Positions 43,565-52,769 of a stretch of 64,000 nt of DNA are shown here, piece by piece. Position 1 is the stretch's first letter. Each line of letters opens with the position of its first letter. The translations under genes were made by a program, and so were the position numbers. The notes beneath the pieces are model-generated. The model did not search any database. It saw only the letters and a program-made list of their open reading frames with translations, and had not been told where the DNA came from. This DNA is from Minisyncoccota bacterium. Lineage in GTDB: Bacteria > Patescibacteriota > Minisyncoccia > Phycocordibacterales > JABAAK01. Location: assembly GCA_963668425.1 (NCBI GenBank), contig OY764332.1, forward strand, positions 460,336-524,335, in the 5' to 3' direction.

Positions 43565-46500
43565 ATGGTTGAAAAAAGAGGTGAAAAGGTTTCCGATCGG
43601 GAGGAGCGGATATTGCGGTTTTGGCGAGAGAATGCGGTTTTTGAGAAAAGTGAAGGGCGAGAGAAGAAAGGTTTTTTGTGGCGTTTATTGCGAACAGTAT
43701 TCCCTAAAAGGCGATTTATTTTTTATGATGGTCCGCCATTTGCGACGGGTTTGCCGCATTTTGGTAACCTCTTGGCGAGTATTGTGAAAGACGCAGTGCC
43801 GCGTTATAAGACAATGCGAGGGTATCAGGTTTCTCGGCGTTGGGGGTGGGATTGTCATGGATTACCGCTTGAAGTGGAGATGGAAAAGAAGATCGGGACG
43901 AATACGAAACGGGATATTGAGGAGTATGGAATAGAGAAGTTTAATCGTGGTATTTGTGATACTATTTTTACCTATATAGATGAGTGGAAGAGGATTATTC
44001 CGCGAATTGGTCGGTGGGTGGATATGGAGCGTGATTACCGTACTATCAGTACATCGTATATGGAATCAGTATGGTCGGTGTTTCATCGGTTACATACACG
44101 CGGTTTTGTCAGTAATGGTTTCAAGTCGCTGTATTTTTGTCCGCGCTGTTCAACCACTATTTCAAATGCAGAAGTTGCTGATACGTATGAGATGTTGACT
44201 GATACAGCGGTGTTTGTACTTTTTCCTCTGAAGGATGATCCGGATACTTATTTAGTTGCGTGGACGACGACCCCATGGACATTATTTGGTAATGTTGCAC
44301 TTGGTGTGGATGTTGGTATGGATTATACGGTTGTTGAAAAAGATGGGAAAAAATATATACTTCAGAAGAGTGCAGCTGATGTTGTTTCTGGTGGTACCGT
44401 TGTTGGAGTGGAGAAAGGTGCTGCATTGCTTGGGAAGGAGTATGTGCCGCCGTTTGACCATCTCTATGTTGAGGATGGTGAGCAGGTGAAAGCGAAGTTG
44501 TGGCGTGTGCAAAAGGTGTCGTATATTGAGGAGGGGGTTGGCACTGGTATTGTGCATCTTGCTCCGGCGTATGGAGCAGAGGATATGGAGGTTGCACTGA
44601 GGGAAGGTTTGCCGATTCGGCATCATGTTAGCAAGGAGGGTGTTTTTGTCCCGCAGATAGAGGGATATGCCGGTTTGCGTCCTAAAGAGGTGGGGAATCC
44701 AAATGATGTTGATGAAAAGATATTGCAGGATTTACGGAATAAGGGTGTACTGCTCTATGATGAGGCAATAGAGCATATGTATCCGGTGTGTTGGCGCTGT
44801 AAGACACCACTTCTGAACTATGCTACAGATTCGTGGTTTGTGCATTCGGAGCGGTTTAAAGATCGTATGGTTTCTGAAAACAAAAAAGTCGTTTGGGTGC
44901 CGGCACATATTCGGGATGGTCGGTTTGGTAATTGGTTGGCAGATGCGCGTGAATGGGCGGTGTCACGGGATCGCTTCTGGGGTGCGCCGGTGCCAACGTG
45001 GAAAGTTGAAAAAACAGGTGCACATATCATCGTTCGTTCATTGGAGGATATGTGCAAGAGGATGCGTCCGAGAAATCGCTATTTTTTTGTGCGACATGGA
45101 CATTCGATAAGCAATGAAAAAGGTGTTTTGAACTGCAAAGAAGAGGAGGGTGATGGATTGACTGAGAAGGGAAGAGAGCAGGCGGTAGCAGTTGTACAAA
45201 AATTGAAAGATGTAAAGCCGACTGTTATTTTTTATTCACCCCTGGCTCGCACACGAGAAACGGCAATGTGTATTGCAAAAGAAACTGGTGCGCAGATGGT
45301 TGAGGAGCCGTTGCTGACTGAGTTGCAGGTGCCGAGTTTACATAATCGGTCAATACGCGAATTGTGGAGATCAGTTCATTCGCTTGATGCGTTTCGTAAT
45401 TTGGACAAATCTATCGCTGGAGGTGAATCATTTTTAGATGTGTATCGGCGAGTATTGCAATTTTTTGAAAAAGTAGATCAGGAATATAAAGATGCGAATA
45501 TTGTGGTGGTTACACATCGCTCGGTTGTTAACGCGGCACGCTCGGTTGCGCCGACACATGCGCAGTTTACGAAGCTGTATAGGAAAGGCACTGTGATCAA
45601 ACCAATTCCTAATGGAGGAGTGTGTAGCGTTCGGTATGTACATTTACAGAGGGACGAGAATGGGGAAGTTGATTTGCATCGGCCGTATGTTGATGGAGTG
45701 GTGTTGTATGATGTGGACGGCAATCCGGCGTATCACACCAAGGAGGTGTTTGACTGTTGGTTTGAGTCGGGTGCTATGCCGTACGGGTCGCATCATTATC
45801 CATTTGAGAATAAGTGGTCGTTTAATCCGATGTTGCAACGTGGCTTTCCGGCACATTTTATTTGTGAAGGGTTGGATCAGACACGTGGGTGGTTTTATAG
45901 CTTGATGGCAATTGGTGTTGGTGCGTTTGATCAGTCGCCGTATCGTAATGTGGTGGTAACCGGTCTGATTCGTGCCGCGGATGGAAAAAAGATGAGTAAA
46001 AGCTTGCAGAATTACACTGATCCGATGGAACTTGTTGAGCGCTATGGCGCGGATGCACTGCGACATTACCTTCTTGGTTCTTCAGTAGTGCGTGGGGAAG
46101 ATCTTGATTTTAAGGATGAACAGATTGATGAGATTTATAAGAAGGTATATACTCGGCTACATAATTGCCTTAATTTTTATATGATATATGCACATCTGCC
46201 GCATCTTGGAGGCAGCAGGAATGTATTGGATATCTATATTCATTCTCGACTTGCTCAAACTCGGAATGCGATGATGAAAGGGTTTGAATTGTATCATGTT
46301 GATGAGGCGGTCGCACCAATAGGATCATTTGTGGAGGATTTATCAACTTGGTATATTCGTCGTTCACGGGATAGGATAAAGAATCGGACGGATGACGGTG
46401 CGCAGGCGCGTGAGACATTGCGATTTGTATTGACTGAATTCGCGAAATGTCTTGCTCCGATTGCGCCATTTTATGCTGAATATTTGTTTTTGGAAATGCG

Positions 46501-47065
46501 GAAGCATCATCCGCATAAATTCTTTTTGCCAGAGAGTGTACACCTTGCGCGATGGCCACAGAGGATGTTGATTCAGAAGGAGGCGATAGAGAAAACTGTC
46601 GCGGTGCGTGATATTGCTTCATCTGTGCATGAACAACGAGCTGAGGCGGGGATAAAGGTGCGGCAGCCGTTGTCAAAGGTGATACTACAGCAGGAGGTGG
46701 ATGAAGGGCAGAAAGAATTGCTTAAAGCCGAGGTGAATGTTAAAGAGGTAATTGTTGATCCTGAGGCCGTGCGGTCTGTGGTACTGCATACTGAGCTTAC
46801 GGATGCGTTGCGTGCTGAGGGGTTTGTGCGGGAGTATATTCGTAATGTTCAGAAGATGCGAAAAGAGAAAGGATTTTCACCTACAAAAATGGCGGACACG
46901 TTATTTGTATGTGTGTTTGACGAGCAGAAAAAATATCTGCAGGATCATGAAGTGAAAATTAAGCAAGAGGTACAGGTGCGTTCTGTTGTGTACACTGAGA
47001 CAAGTCCGAAGGATGCTACTGTGTTTAGCATAGATCGTATGGAAGTTGTATCAGATATTGTGTAA
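43565..47065 (+). CDS. ileS: Isoleucyl-tRNA synthetase (type 2-like) with inserted histidine-phosphatase domain
   Basis: YDGPPFATGLPHFGN, GWDCHGLP, WTTTPWTL, GTGIVHLAP, EGLDQTRGWFYSL, KMSKS, WYIRRSR; internal VRHG domain. Confidence 0.95.
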   Translation: MVEKRGEKVSDREERILRFWRENAVFEKSEGREKKGFLWRLLRTVFPKRRFIFYDGPPFATGLPHFGNLLASIVKDAVPRYKTMRGYQVSRRWGWDCHGLPLEVEMEKKIGTNTKRDIEEYGIEKFNRGICDTIFTYIDEWKRIIPRIGRWVDMERDYRTISTSYMESVWSVFHRLHTRGFVSNGFKSLYFCPRCSTTISNAEVADTYEMLTDTAVFVLFPLKDDPDTYLVAWTTTPWTLFGNVALGVDVGMDYTVVEKDGKKYILQKSAADVVSGGTVVGVEKGAALLGKEYVPPFDHLYVEDGEQVKAKLWRVQKVSYIEEGVGTGIVHLAPAYGAEDMEVALREGLPIRHHVSKEGVFVPQIEGYAGLRPKEVGNPNDVDEKILQDLRNKGVLLYDEAIEHMYPVCWRCKTPLLNYATDSWFVHSERFKDRMVSENKKVVWVPAHIRDGRFGNWLADAREWAVSRDRFWGAPVPTWKVEKTGAHIIVRSLEDMCKRMRPRNRYFFVRHGHSISNEKGVLNCKEEEGDGLTEKGREQAVAVVQKLKDVKPTVIFYSPLARTRETAMCIAKETGAQMVEEPLLTELQVPSLHNRSIRELWRSVHSLDAFRNLDKSIAGGESFLDVYRRVLQFFEKVDQEYKDANIVVVTHRSVVNAARSVAPTHAQFTKLYRKGTVIKPIPNGGVCSVRYVHLQRDENGEVDLHRPYVDGVVLYDVDGNPAYHTKEVFDCWFESGAMPYGSHHYPFENKWSFNPMLQRGFPAHFICEGLDQTRGWFYSLMAIGVGAFDQSPYRNVVVTGLIRAADGKKMSKSLQNYTDPMELVERYGADALRHYLLGSSVVRGEDLDFKDEQIDEIYKKVYTRLHNCLNFYMIYAHLPHLGGSRNVLDIYIHSRLAQTRNAMMKGFELYHVDEAVAPIGSFVEDLSTWYIRRSRDRIKNRTDDGAQARETLRFVLTEFAKCLAPIAPFYAEYLFLEMRKHHPHKFFLPESVHLARWPQRMLIQKEAIEKTVAVRDIASSVHEQRAEAGIKVRQPLSKVILQQEVDEGQKELLKAEVNVKEVIVDPEAVRSVVLHTELTDALRAEGFVREYIRNVQKMRKEKGFSPTKMADTLFVCVFDEQKKYLQDHEVKIKQEVQVRSVVYTETSPKDATVFSIDRMEVVSDIV

Positions 47066-47089
47066 GGTGATGTGAATGAATGAAAGGTA

Positions 47090-47665
47090 TTATTGGTGGT
47101 ATAGGGCGTTTTTGAGATGTTGTTGTAACTCTTTTTGTCGGTGTGGGTTGGCTATGGTTTCCTTGAGTATGTTTGTAAACTGAGTAGGTACGATATTTTG
47201 ATCGGGTACGTATCCGAGTGTAGTGAGTAGCATTACCTGCGCAATGAGGAGAATGTGTTGGACATGTGTTTGTTGTGATTTTTGAAGGAGTTCTGTTGCA
47301 GTTTCAACGGTATGAAACACATTTTCATCGTACGATTCAGTTATAGGGATGAGTGTTCGGAGACAGCGTAAGAGGGCAACAAATGCTGTATATTTTTGTT
47401 TATTATTCCATATTTGGTCGAGCGTGTTGGTGATGGTGATGTCTTTTAATATGGTGCGTCTGCTCAGTATTACAGAAACAGAAACACGGGCATACGGTTT
47501 GGCACCGCCTCGCATTTTTGCACCATCTTTACGGATTCCGCGTGCATATAGGTTCATAAGCCCATTTTCTTTTGTGAGTGCGGTGATTACTCTATCTGCC
47601 TCACCGGTTGCTCGGGTGTGGATGATGAATGCGTCTGTGGTGAGTATGGGGTATGATTTTAGCAT
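47090..47665 (-). CDS. recO: DNA repair protein RecO (short form)
   Basis: GEADRVITALTKENG..ARGIRK..K N-terminal OB motif; LGY. Confidence 0.82.
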   Translation of the reverse strand: MLKSYPILTTDAFIIHTRATGEADRVITALTKENGLMNLYARGIRKDGAKMRGGAKPYARVSVSVILSRRTILKDITITNTLDQIWNNKQKYTAFVALLRCLRTLIPITESYDENVFHTVETATELLQKSQQTHVQHILLIAQVMLLTTLGYVPDQNIVPTQFTNILKETIANPHRQKELQQHLKNALYHQ

Positions 47666-47772
47666 ACGGTTTCAAAAGGGTTCGTAGGGAGTTCTGTATT
47701 GGATGATTGAATTGGTAGCATGCAACACTGGTGTGTAGTATACGTTATTCATACTGCCTATTTTGATTTTAG

Positions 47773-47848
47773 AAGGTATTTTGCTATGCATCCAGTAGTG
47801 TTATTTGTTGATTCATTTTGCGTTGTTGTCTATGGGTGTGGTATACTG
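47773..47848 (+). repeat. ~75-bp promoter-bearing repeat, copy 1
   Basis: Near-identical to 48423..48497; TTGCGT-18-TATACT with TG extension. Confidence 0.85.
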
Positions 47849-47914
47849 CTAATGGATTAGGTTTTGTAAGTTTTGTTTTAGAGGGTGGGCTATTTAATAT
47901 AACGGAGGTCACAA

Positions 47915-48336
47915 ATGAATATTGTATTGTTGATCGTGCTTGTCTCATTCTTGCCAGTACTCGTAACACTGGTTGTATTTCATATCTCCAAACAGTTTAG
48001 ATCCCAGCCACAGAGTGTGGGAGTGTTTTGTCAATTCTGGTAACATTGATAGTGCTTGAATTGGGTAAAACAGTGGCGCTACAATTTGCACCGTGGATGT
48101 ACCACTTAGAAATAAAGGAACTTATTGGAATCTTCTCATTAGGCATAATACCGCTATCCTTAGTAACATTTTTAGTAACATTTGCTATCTTTAGGGAACT
48201 CAAGGTGAGCTATTTTGCTGAACAATCTACTGTTGACATGTTACGGCAATCATTGCTCGTAACAGGCATAACAGTAGTATTCATTGTGTTCAAAACGTAC
48301 GAAATTCAGTCAATTGCAGAAATTATCAATGGGTAA
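47915..48336 (+). pseudogene. Small membrane protein split by a 1-nt frameshift at ~48026 (real or sequencing error)
   Basis: GGAGG SD + ATG 47915 (MNIVLLIVLV...); adding one T to TTTT at 48026-48029 joins it to 48028..48336. Confidence 0.65.
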
Positions 48337-48351
48337 ATATTGGTACGTAAT

Positions 48352-48382
48352 AAAATCTGCCAGCACACGCTGGCAGATTTTT
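48352..48382. terminator. Intrinsic terminator
   Basis: AAAATCTGCCAGC-ACAC-GCTGGCAGATTTT. Confidence 0.8.
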
Positions 48383-48422
48383 ACTTTTTGGATTCAACAT
48401 TCATAAAAATTTTATGAATTTC

Positions 48423-48497
48423 AAGGTATTTGCTATGCATCCAGTAGTGTTATTTGTTGATTCGTTTTGCGTTGTTGTCTATGGATGTGGTATATTG
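48423..48497 (+). repeat. ~75-bp promoter-bearing repeat, copy 2
   Basis: Matches 47773..47848. Confidence 0.85.
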
Positions 48498-48554
48498 TCG
48501 GTAGGTTGAGTTCTGAAAGTTCTATTTTTTACAAATACAAAAGGAGGGTTTACT

Positions 48555-49163
48555 ATGAGAACGTATGCCAAGATGAGAGTGACTGGAGGTCCTGGATTTG
48601 TGCCGCCTCTTTCTGTTGGTGTGACTGATGTCTATGAAGATGACTCAGTGCAAGTTTCAGAGGTTGCGAGACGTCATTACAGTTCTTTGTTGTCTGCTGG
48701 GTTTCCTTTTCGATTTGAACGTTTATATAATGGGCTTGCCCGGTATTTAGGGGATGCTGTTCATCTGTTGGATTTCAAAACCATCTATGAATTTGATGTT
48801 TTTTCTCAAGTCCCCGAAAGATACATGCAGAAGGGTGAGAATTTTACTTTGTTTGAAGATATGTACTCTTTCCTCCGATGGGATGGGTCGTTTGTGGGTA
48901 TTGGTGAGGACGGTTTTGGTCCACAACGATACCTTGTGCGACAAAAGGTGTTGTCCTGCACTACCCCCGTTGCAGAGCATGTGGGTGATTTTACTGTTCT
49001 TTCTGAGGGTGAAACAGTCAAGCATGCCTTTGATGTTGCTATCTATTCCAGAGGGTGGTATATTTATGGAATATTGTTTGAGCAGAGATCGGATGGTCGT
49101 CTGTTGAATGCCGTTTTACACCTTCCTTCTGGATGCAAAGGGACTCTTTCGCCCCGTGGATGA
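48555..49163 (+). CDS. Hypothetical protein
   Basis: AAGGAGG SD, 202-aa ORF. Confidence 0.7.
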   Translation: MRTYAKMRVTGGPGFVPPLSVGVTDVYEDDSVQVSEVARRHYSSLLSAGFPFRFERLYNGLARYLGDAVHLLDFKTIYEFDVFSQVPERYMQKGENFTLFEDMYSFLRWDGSFVGIGEDGFGPQRYLVRQKVLSCTTPVAEHVGDFTVLSEGETVKHAFDVAIYSRGWYIYGILFEQRSDGRLLNAVLHLPSGCKGTLSPRG

Positions 49164-49249
49164 CATCTTCATTTTCTTGGAGTGTCCTTGATATTCATAT
49201 ATTTGCCTTGCAAAAGCAAGGCAAATTATTTTTTTGACCAAATTTGTTG

Positions 49250-49459
49250 TATGACCGCCGTGAAACGGCGGAAACTGACCGCTGTATGTTGCATGCACTG
49301 ACGTGCTGTTTTGTGTGACCCCACGGGGAATCGAACCCCCTGTTTTTGGCTCTGACAAAAACCTGGTTATATGACCGCCGTGAAACGGCGGAAACTGACC
49401 GCTGTATGTTGCATGCACTGACGTGCTGTTTTGTGTGACCCCACGGGGAATCGAACCCC
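49250..49459. repeat. 90-bp direct repeat (120-bp period) including tRNA-Glu 3' end
   Basis: 49250..49339 = 49370..49459. Confidence 0.93.
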
Positions 49460-49507
49460 GGTTTCCGCCGTGAAAGGGCGGCGTCCTAGCCGCTAGACGA
49501 TGGGGCC
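49436..49507 (-). tRNA. tRNA-Glu(TTC)
   Basis: CCGCC-CT-TTC-AC-GGCGG, GGTTCGATTCC. Confidence 0.95.
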
Positions 49508-49571
49508 AGTGAACAAAGTATAGTATATACTATACTTTGTTCATGTTCCACTTTGATTTTTTTGAAGGAGG

Positions 49572-50180
49572 GTGAAGATGTATCAGGATGTTGCTCTTAC
49601 TGATAGGCATCGTCGGTTGCTTTTGCGGAAGATGGGTGCCTCTGTAGAGTTGACAGGAGTTATCAATTCGGTTTTTGAGGCGTTGGTAGCGCATGCTTGT
49701 CCACGGTTTTCAGCTTTTGCAGCATTGACTGCTGCGATATCTGCTTTTAGGAAGAAGGATTTTGGTATCTTTCCTGATTATGAGGCGGTTTGGTTGCCGA
49801 CTGTTGTTCTTGATGATATTCATTGTGTACGATACCGTACTGATGTTATGCAGACCGTGTACGAAGCGATAGTGCCGGTGTGCATATCCGAATTGACCAG
49901 GCATTGTTTGCAAGCAGCGTTGCGAATACACGATCTGCAGATTTTGTTTTTATGTAATGGGAGTTTTTTAATCGGTGAGATAAAACGTATTCGTGCTTTT
50001 GGTGAGTCGTTTGAGCATGTTCGCCGTGAAAAAAGGTACTCAACGGCTGATACGAATAGGTGTCCGATACAGATGGTTGGTAGCTTTGACCGCATGCCGG
50101 ATCCCACTATTGACTTATGCCCAGAAGGAGCTGAGAAGCGATTATTTCATGATATTGAAAAAATGCTTCGTGTGCTTTAG
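49572..50180 (+). CDS. Hypothetical protein
   Basis: AAGGAGG SD (start may be ATG 49578), terminator at ~50265..50302. Confidence 0.7.
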   Translation: MKMYQDVALTDRHRRLLLRKMGASVELTGVINSVFEALVAHACPRFSAFAALTAAISAFRKKDFGIFPDYEAVWLPTVVLDDIHCVRYRTDVMQTVYEAIVPVCISELTRHCLQAALRIHDLQILFLCNGSFLIGEIKRIRAFGESFEHVRREKRYSTADTNRCPIQMVGSFDRMPDPTIDLCPEGAEKRLFHDIEKMLRVL

Positions 50181-50490
50181 GAGGTACTTGTTCTTTCTGG
50201 TTTGCGAGCTCGCTAACATGCATATTTTTGAGTGAAAAGATTAATTTTTTTCTTCTAATTTTTGAGGCGCGTTGGGATTACTTGTCCTGATGCGCCTTTT
50301 TTGTGTGCGAATGGTAGGACTCGAACCTACGACCTCTCCATTATCAGTGAGTTCATTTGAACTATGTATAGGGATTGAGAGATTAGAAATAAAAGGTGGA
50401 TGAAGTGCGCAAGGTGTCTTTTTGCTTTAAATATGATTACTTGTATACTGTGAGTAGGGTACAAAAAGGTAAGTAAGGAGGAGTACAGTG

Positions 50491-51189
50491 ATGTCTCATT
50501 TTTTTTCATTAAAGGTATTCTTGTTTCCGATAATTTTGTTTTGCTTGATCTTTGTTTTTGCATGCTCTCAAGATAATGAGGATGTGTGTATTATCACTCT
50601 TTCAGGTGGAGAACGATCAATTGCACTCCATTTTCCCTCTATAACCTTGAGGGCTTTCGACAATGGTGCCGATTTACTTCAAGATCTGGAAGAAGGAAGA
50701 TTTCTGGTAGATAAGAAATCGACACAAACCCTCTCTCATCCTGATTTTCCAACCTCAAAAGAAGAAACCAGAGTGAGTGTGGTTGTTCGTTCACTTCTTA
50801 GCATGGGGTTTCCTGCGAATGAGTTGATTTCTTACAAGGAAATTCTTGAAAAAGGAAAAGATCTTGGCCTTATGGTCTGTCCCCCTGATCTTGCTGCACA
50901 GCTCCGTTTACAGTTTACTGATCAGTCATCTCACGGATGGCTTGGTGATTTTCTCATTGCAACCGAGGAAATCAACTTGCACACCGATGGCATCCCAGGA
51001 ATATTTGCTGTTGTGCGGGATGATTCATCTCCTCATCCAGAGACCGGTATTGGATTACACCTCGTCTTCTATAATTTAGTGAGGGGAGGTCAAAATCAAT
51101 TGTTTGATCCTCGTAACTCCGAGAAAAATATCTATTGCGGGAAATTTGCTTTTATTGCTCCTGTAGATAATTTGATTTTTGAAGAGTAA
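50491..51189 (+). CDS. Putative lipoprotein, paralog of 25920..26615
   Basis: AAGGAGG SD, lipobox-like VFAC, CPPDLAAQLRLQFTDQ. Confidence 0.85.
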   Translation: MSHFFSLKVFLFPIILFCLIFVFACSQDNEDVCIITLSGGERSIALHFPSITLRAFDNGADLLQDLEEGRFLVDKKSTQTLSHPDFPTSKEETRVSVVVRSLLSMGFPANELISYKEILEKGKDLGLMVCPPDLAAQLRLQFTDQSSHGWLGDFLIATEEINLHTDGIPGIFAVVRDDSSPHPETGIGLHLVFYNLVRGGQNQLFDPRNSEKNIYCGKFAFIAPVDNLIFEE

Positions 51190-51197
51190 TAAGCTTT

Positions 51198-51227
51198 GCG
51201 CGGCACTGATTTTGTGCCGCGCTTTTT
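51198..51227. terminator. Hairpin between convergent island genes
   Basis: GCGCGGCAC...GTGCCGCGC then TTTTT. Confidence 0.75.
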
Positions 51228-51259
51228 ATTCCCACTGTAATTTTTTACATGACACAATG

Positions 51260-51910
51260 TTATTTTGATGCCTGCAGAGATTTGAAGCTGTTTCTTGCAT
51301 TGCCTTTCGCCACATCCACTTTTAGTAATACCTCATTTTTATATGCCTTCTTTAATTGTGCAACTCTTTCATCATTGTTTGCTATACCCTTTAGATTCTC
51401 CAGACTTGATCCGGCATCTTGGCTAAGAACTTTCTTTCCATTTGGATGGGACATAAGTGTATGCCAATCTTTATCCTCGTAGTATCGTGTAGAAAGAAGG
51501 TAGGTTTCCCCGGGTTCAAGCAATCCTTCAGTATTGCCATCAGCGGGAGATAGTATGTCGCCATTGTGCACGACATGGAGTACGCCATTTTTATACCCGC
51601 CTAATTGATTTATGGTTACAGTATTCTGTAAGCTTCCTTTGACATTTCTTATTACTGCTACTTCAAATTGTGTATAAGGAACATCTATGGTGCTGAAAGT
51701 GCCACTTTGTCGAATCACCTTTCCAACAAAAATATTATGTGATGTGCCAACTAATATTTTATCATCTGTAAAATCAGCAACCCACTTAGGGTGTATTTCT
51801 TTTACAATAGGAAGCTTAATTGCATTTGTATGCAATCCAATGCTAATGCATAAAACAAAAAGCAATATGCTTCCAATTGCTATATGTATGGTGGTTAATT
51901 TTTTAGTCAT
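51260..51910 (-). CDS. Membrane-anchored/secreted hypothetical protein following the metalloprotease
   Basis: N-terminal TM; ADFTDDKILVGTSHNIFVGKVI; LEPGETYLLSTRY. Confidence 0.82.
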   Translation of the reverse strand: MTKKLTTIHIAIGSILLFVLCISIGLHTNAIKLPIVKEIHPKWVADFTDDKILVGTSHNIFVGKVIRQSGTFSTIDVPYTQFEVAVIRNVKGSLQNTVTINQLGGYKNGVLHVVHNGDILSPADGNTEGLLEPGETYLLSTRYYEDKDWHTLMSHPNGKKVLSQDAGSSLENLKGIANNDERVAQLKKAYKNEVLLKVDVAKGNARNSFKSLQASK

Positions 51911-51950
51911 AGTTGATTAAATGTTATTGAAATAATTTAAAGTAATGTGA

Positions 51951-52496
51951 TCAATCCCATAGGGTATTATTGTTATAGTCATATTTATCAATAGGCCCCA
52001 AAGAGGTTTTCAAGTTTACAGTATCATGCATAATATTGCCAGAATGGGAATGATCTAATCCTAGTGCGTGACCAAGTTCATGTAGAATAACATTTTTTAT
52101 TGTGGCATCTTGCCATGCCCAGGGAAGGATACTAAGGTCATCGTCAAGATAATGTTTATTCAGATACAGTTCATCACTACCGATCCAATCGTAATCATAT
52201 AGCCCCGCCCAATCTGCATCAGCGCTGTATACATCCCTTACAGTCAGATCCTGATAAGTCCAAAAAGTATCGGGAGCTATATTAATTTCTCCCAGCGCAT
52301 TCCATGTTGAAATCCCATAGCTCCATTGAGTTGAATATTTTGTTGATCCTCCCCACCGTATTTCATAGTCATCTACCGCGTTATTATCATTAAAATGTCC
52401 ATCAGTTGAGCCAGCGAAAACAAGAGTAACACCTAGTAAAGATGTGATTACCATTACCATTGTCAATACAAAAAGTATTGAGATTTTATTTTTCAT
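51951..52496 (-). CDS. Secreted matrixin-like (metzincin) zinc metalloprotease
   Basis: Signal peptide ending VFA; HELGHALGLDH; Met-turn NIM. Confidence 0.9.
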   Translation of the reverse strand: MKNKISILFVLTMVMVITSLLGVTLVFAGSTDGHFNDNNAVDDYEIRWGGSTKYSTQWSYGISTWNALGEINIAPDTFWTYQDLTVRDVYSADADWAGLYDYDWIGSDELYLNKHYLDDDLSILPWAWQDATIKNVILHELGHALGLDHSHSGNIMHDTVNLKTSLGPIDKYDYNNNTLWD

Positions 52497-52600
52497 AAAT
52501 GTAATTATATTATTAAGTAAATAACCCACACTTTCAGTTATTGTTAGTATACAGTCTTTTGAAGCGTATTAGAGATATTTGTTCCAGTGTGCTTTTTATG

Positions 52601-52674
52601 TGCGAATGGTAGGACTCGAACCTACGACCTCTCCATTATCAGTGGAGTGCTCTAACCACCTGAGCTACATTCGC
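52601..52674 (-). tRNA. tRNA-Ile(GAT)
   Basis: CTCCA-CT-GAT-AA-TGGAG, GGTTCGAGTCC. Confidence 0.95.
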
Positions 52675-52769
52675 ATATTGTGTATTATAGCGTAAAAGGT
52701 TTGTCTGTGTGGTTGGTAACACTACCTTGTTTTTTGGGCGTGTATGTTCTGTATAGTAGAATAGTACTA

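Larger units (their letters stand above)
50304..52644. mobile_element. 2.3-kb genomic island in tRNA-Ile, bounded by 46-bp direct repeats, no integrase
   Basis: 50304..50349 = 52599..52644 (anticodon loop to 3' end of tRNA-Ile); AT-rich cargo. Confidence 0.85.

Noticed and set aside
49250-49459. Repeat-spacer-repeat as mini-CRISPR
   Set aside because: Repeat is 90 bp, tRNA-derived, only two copies
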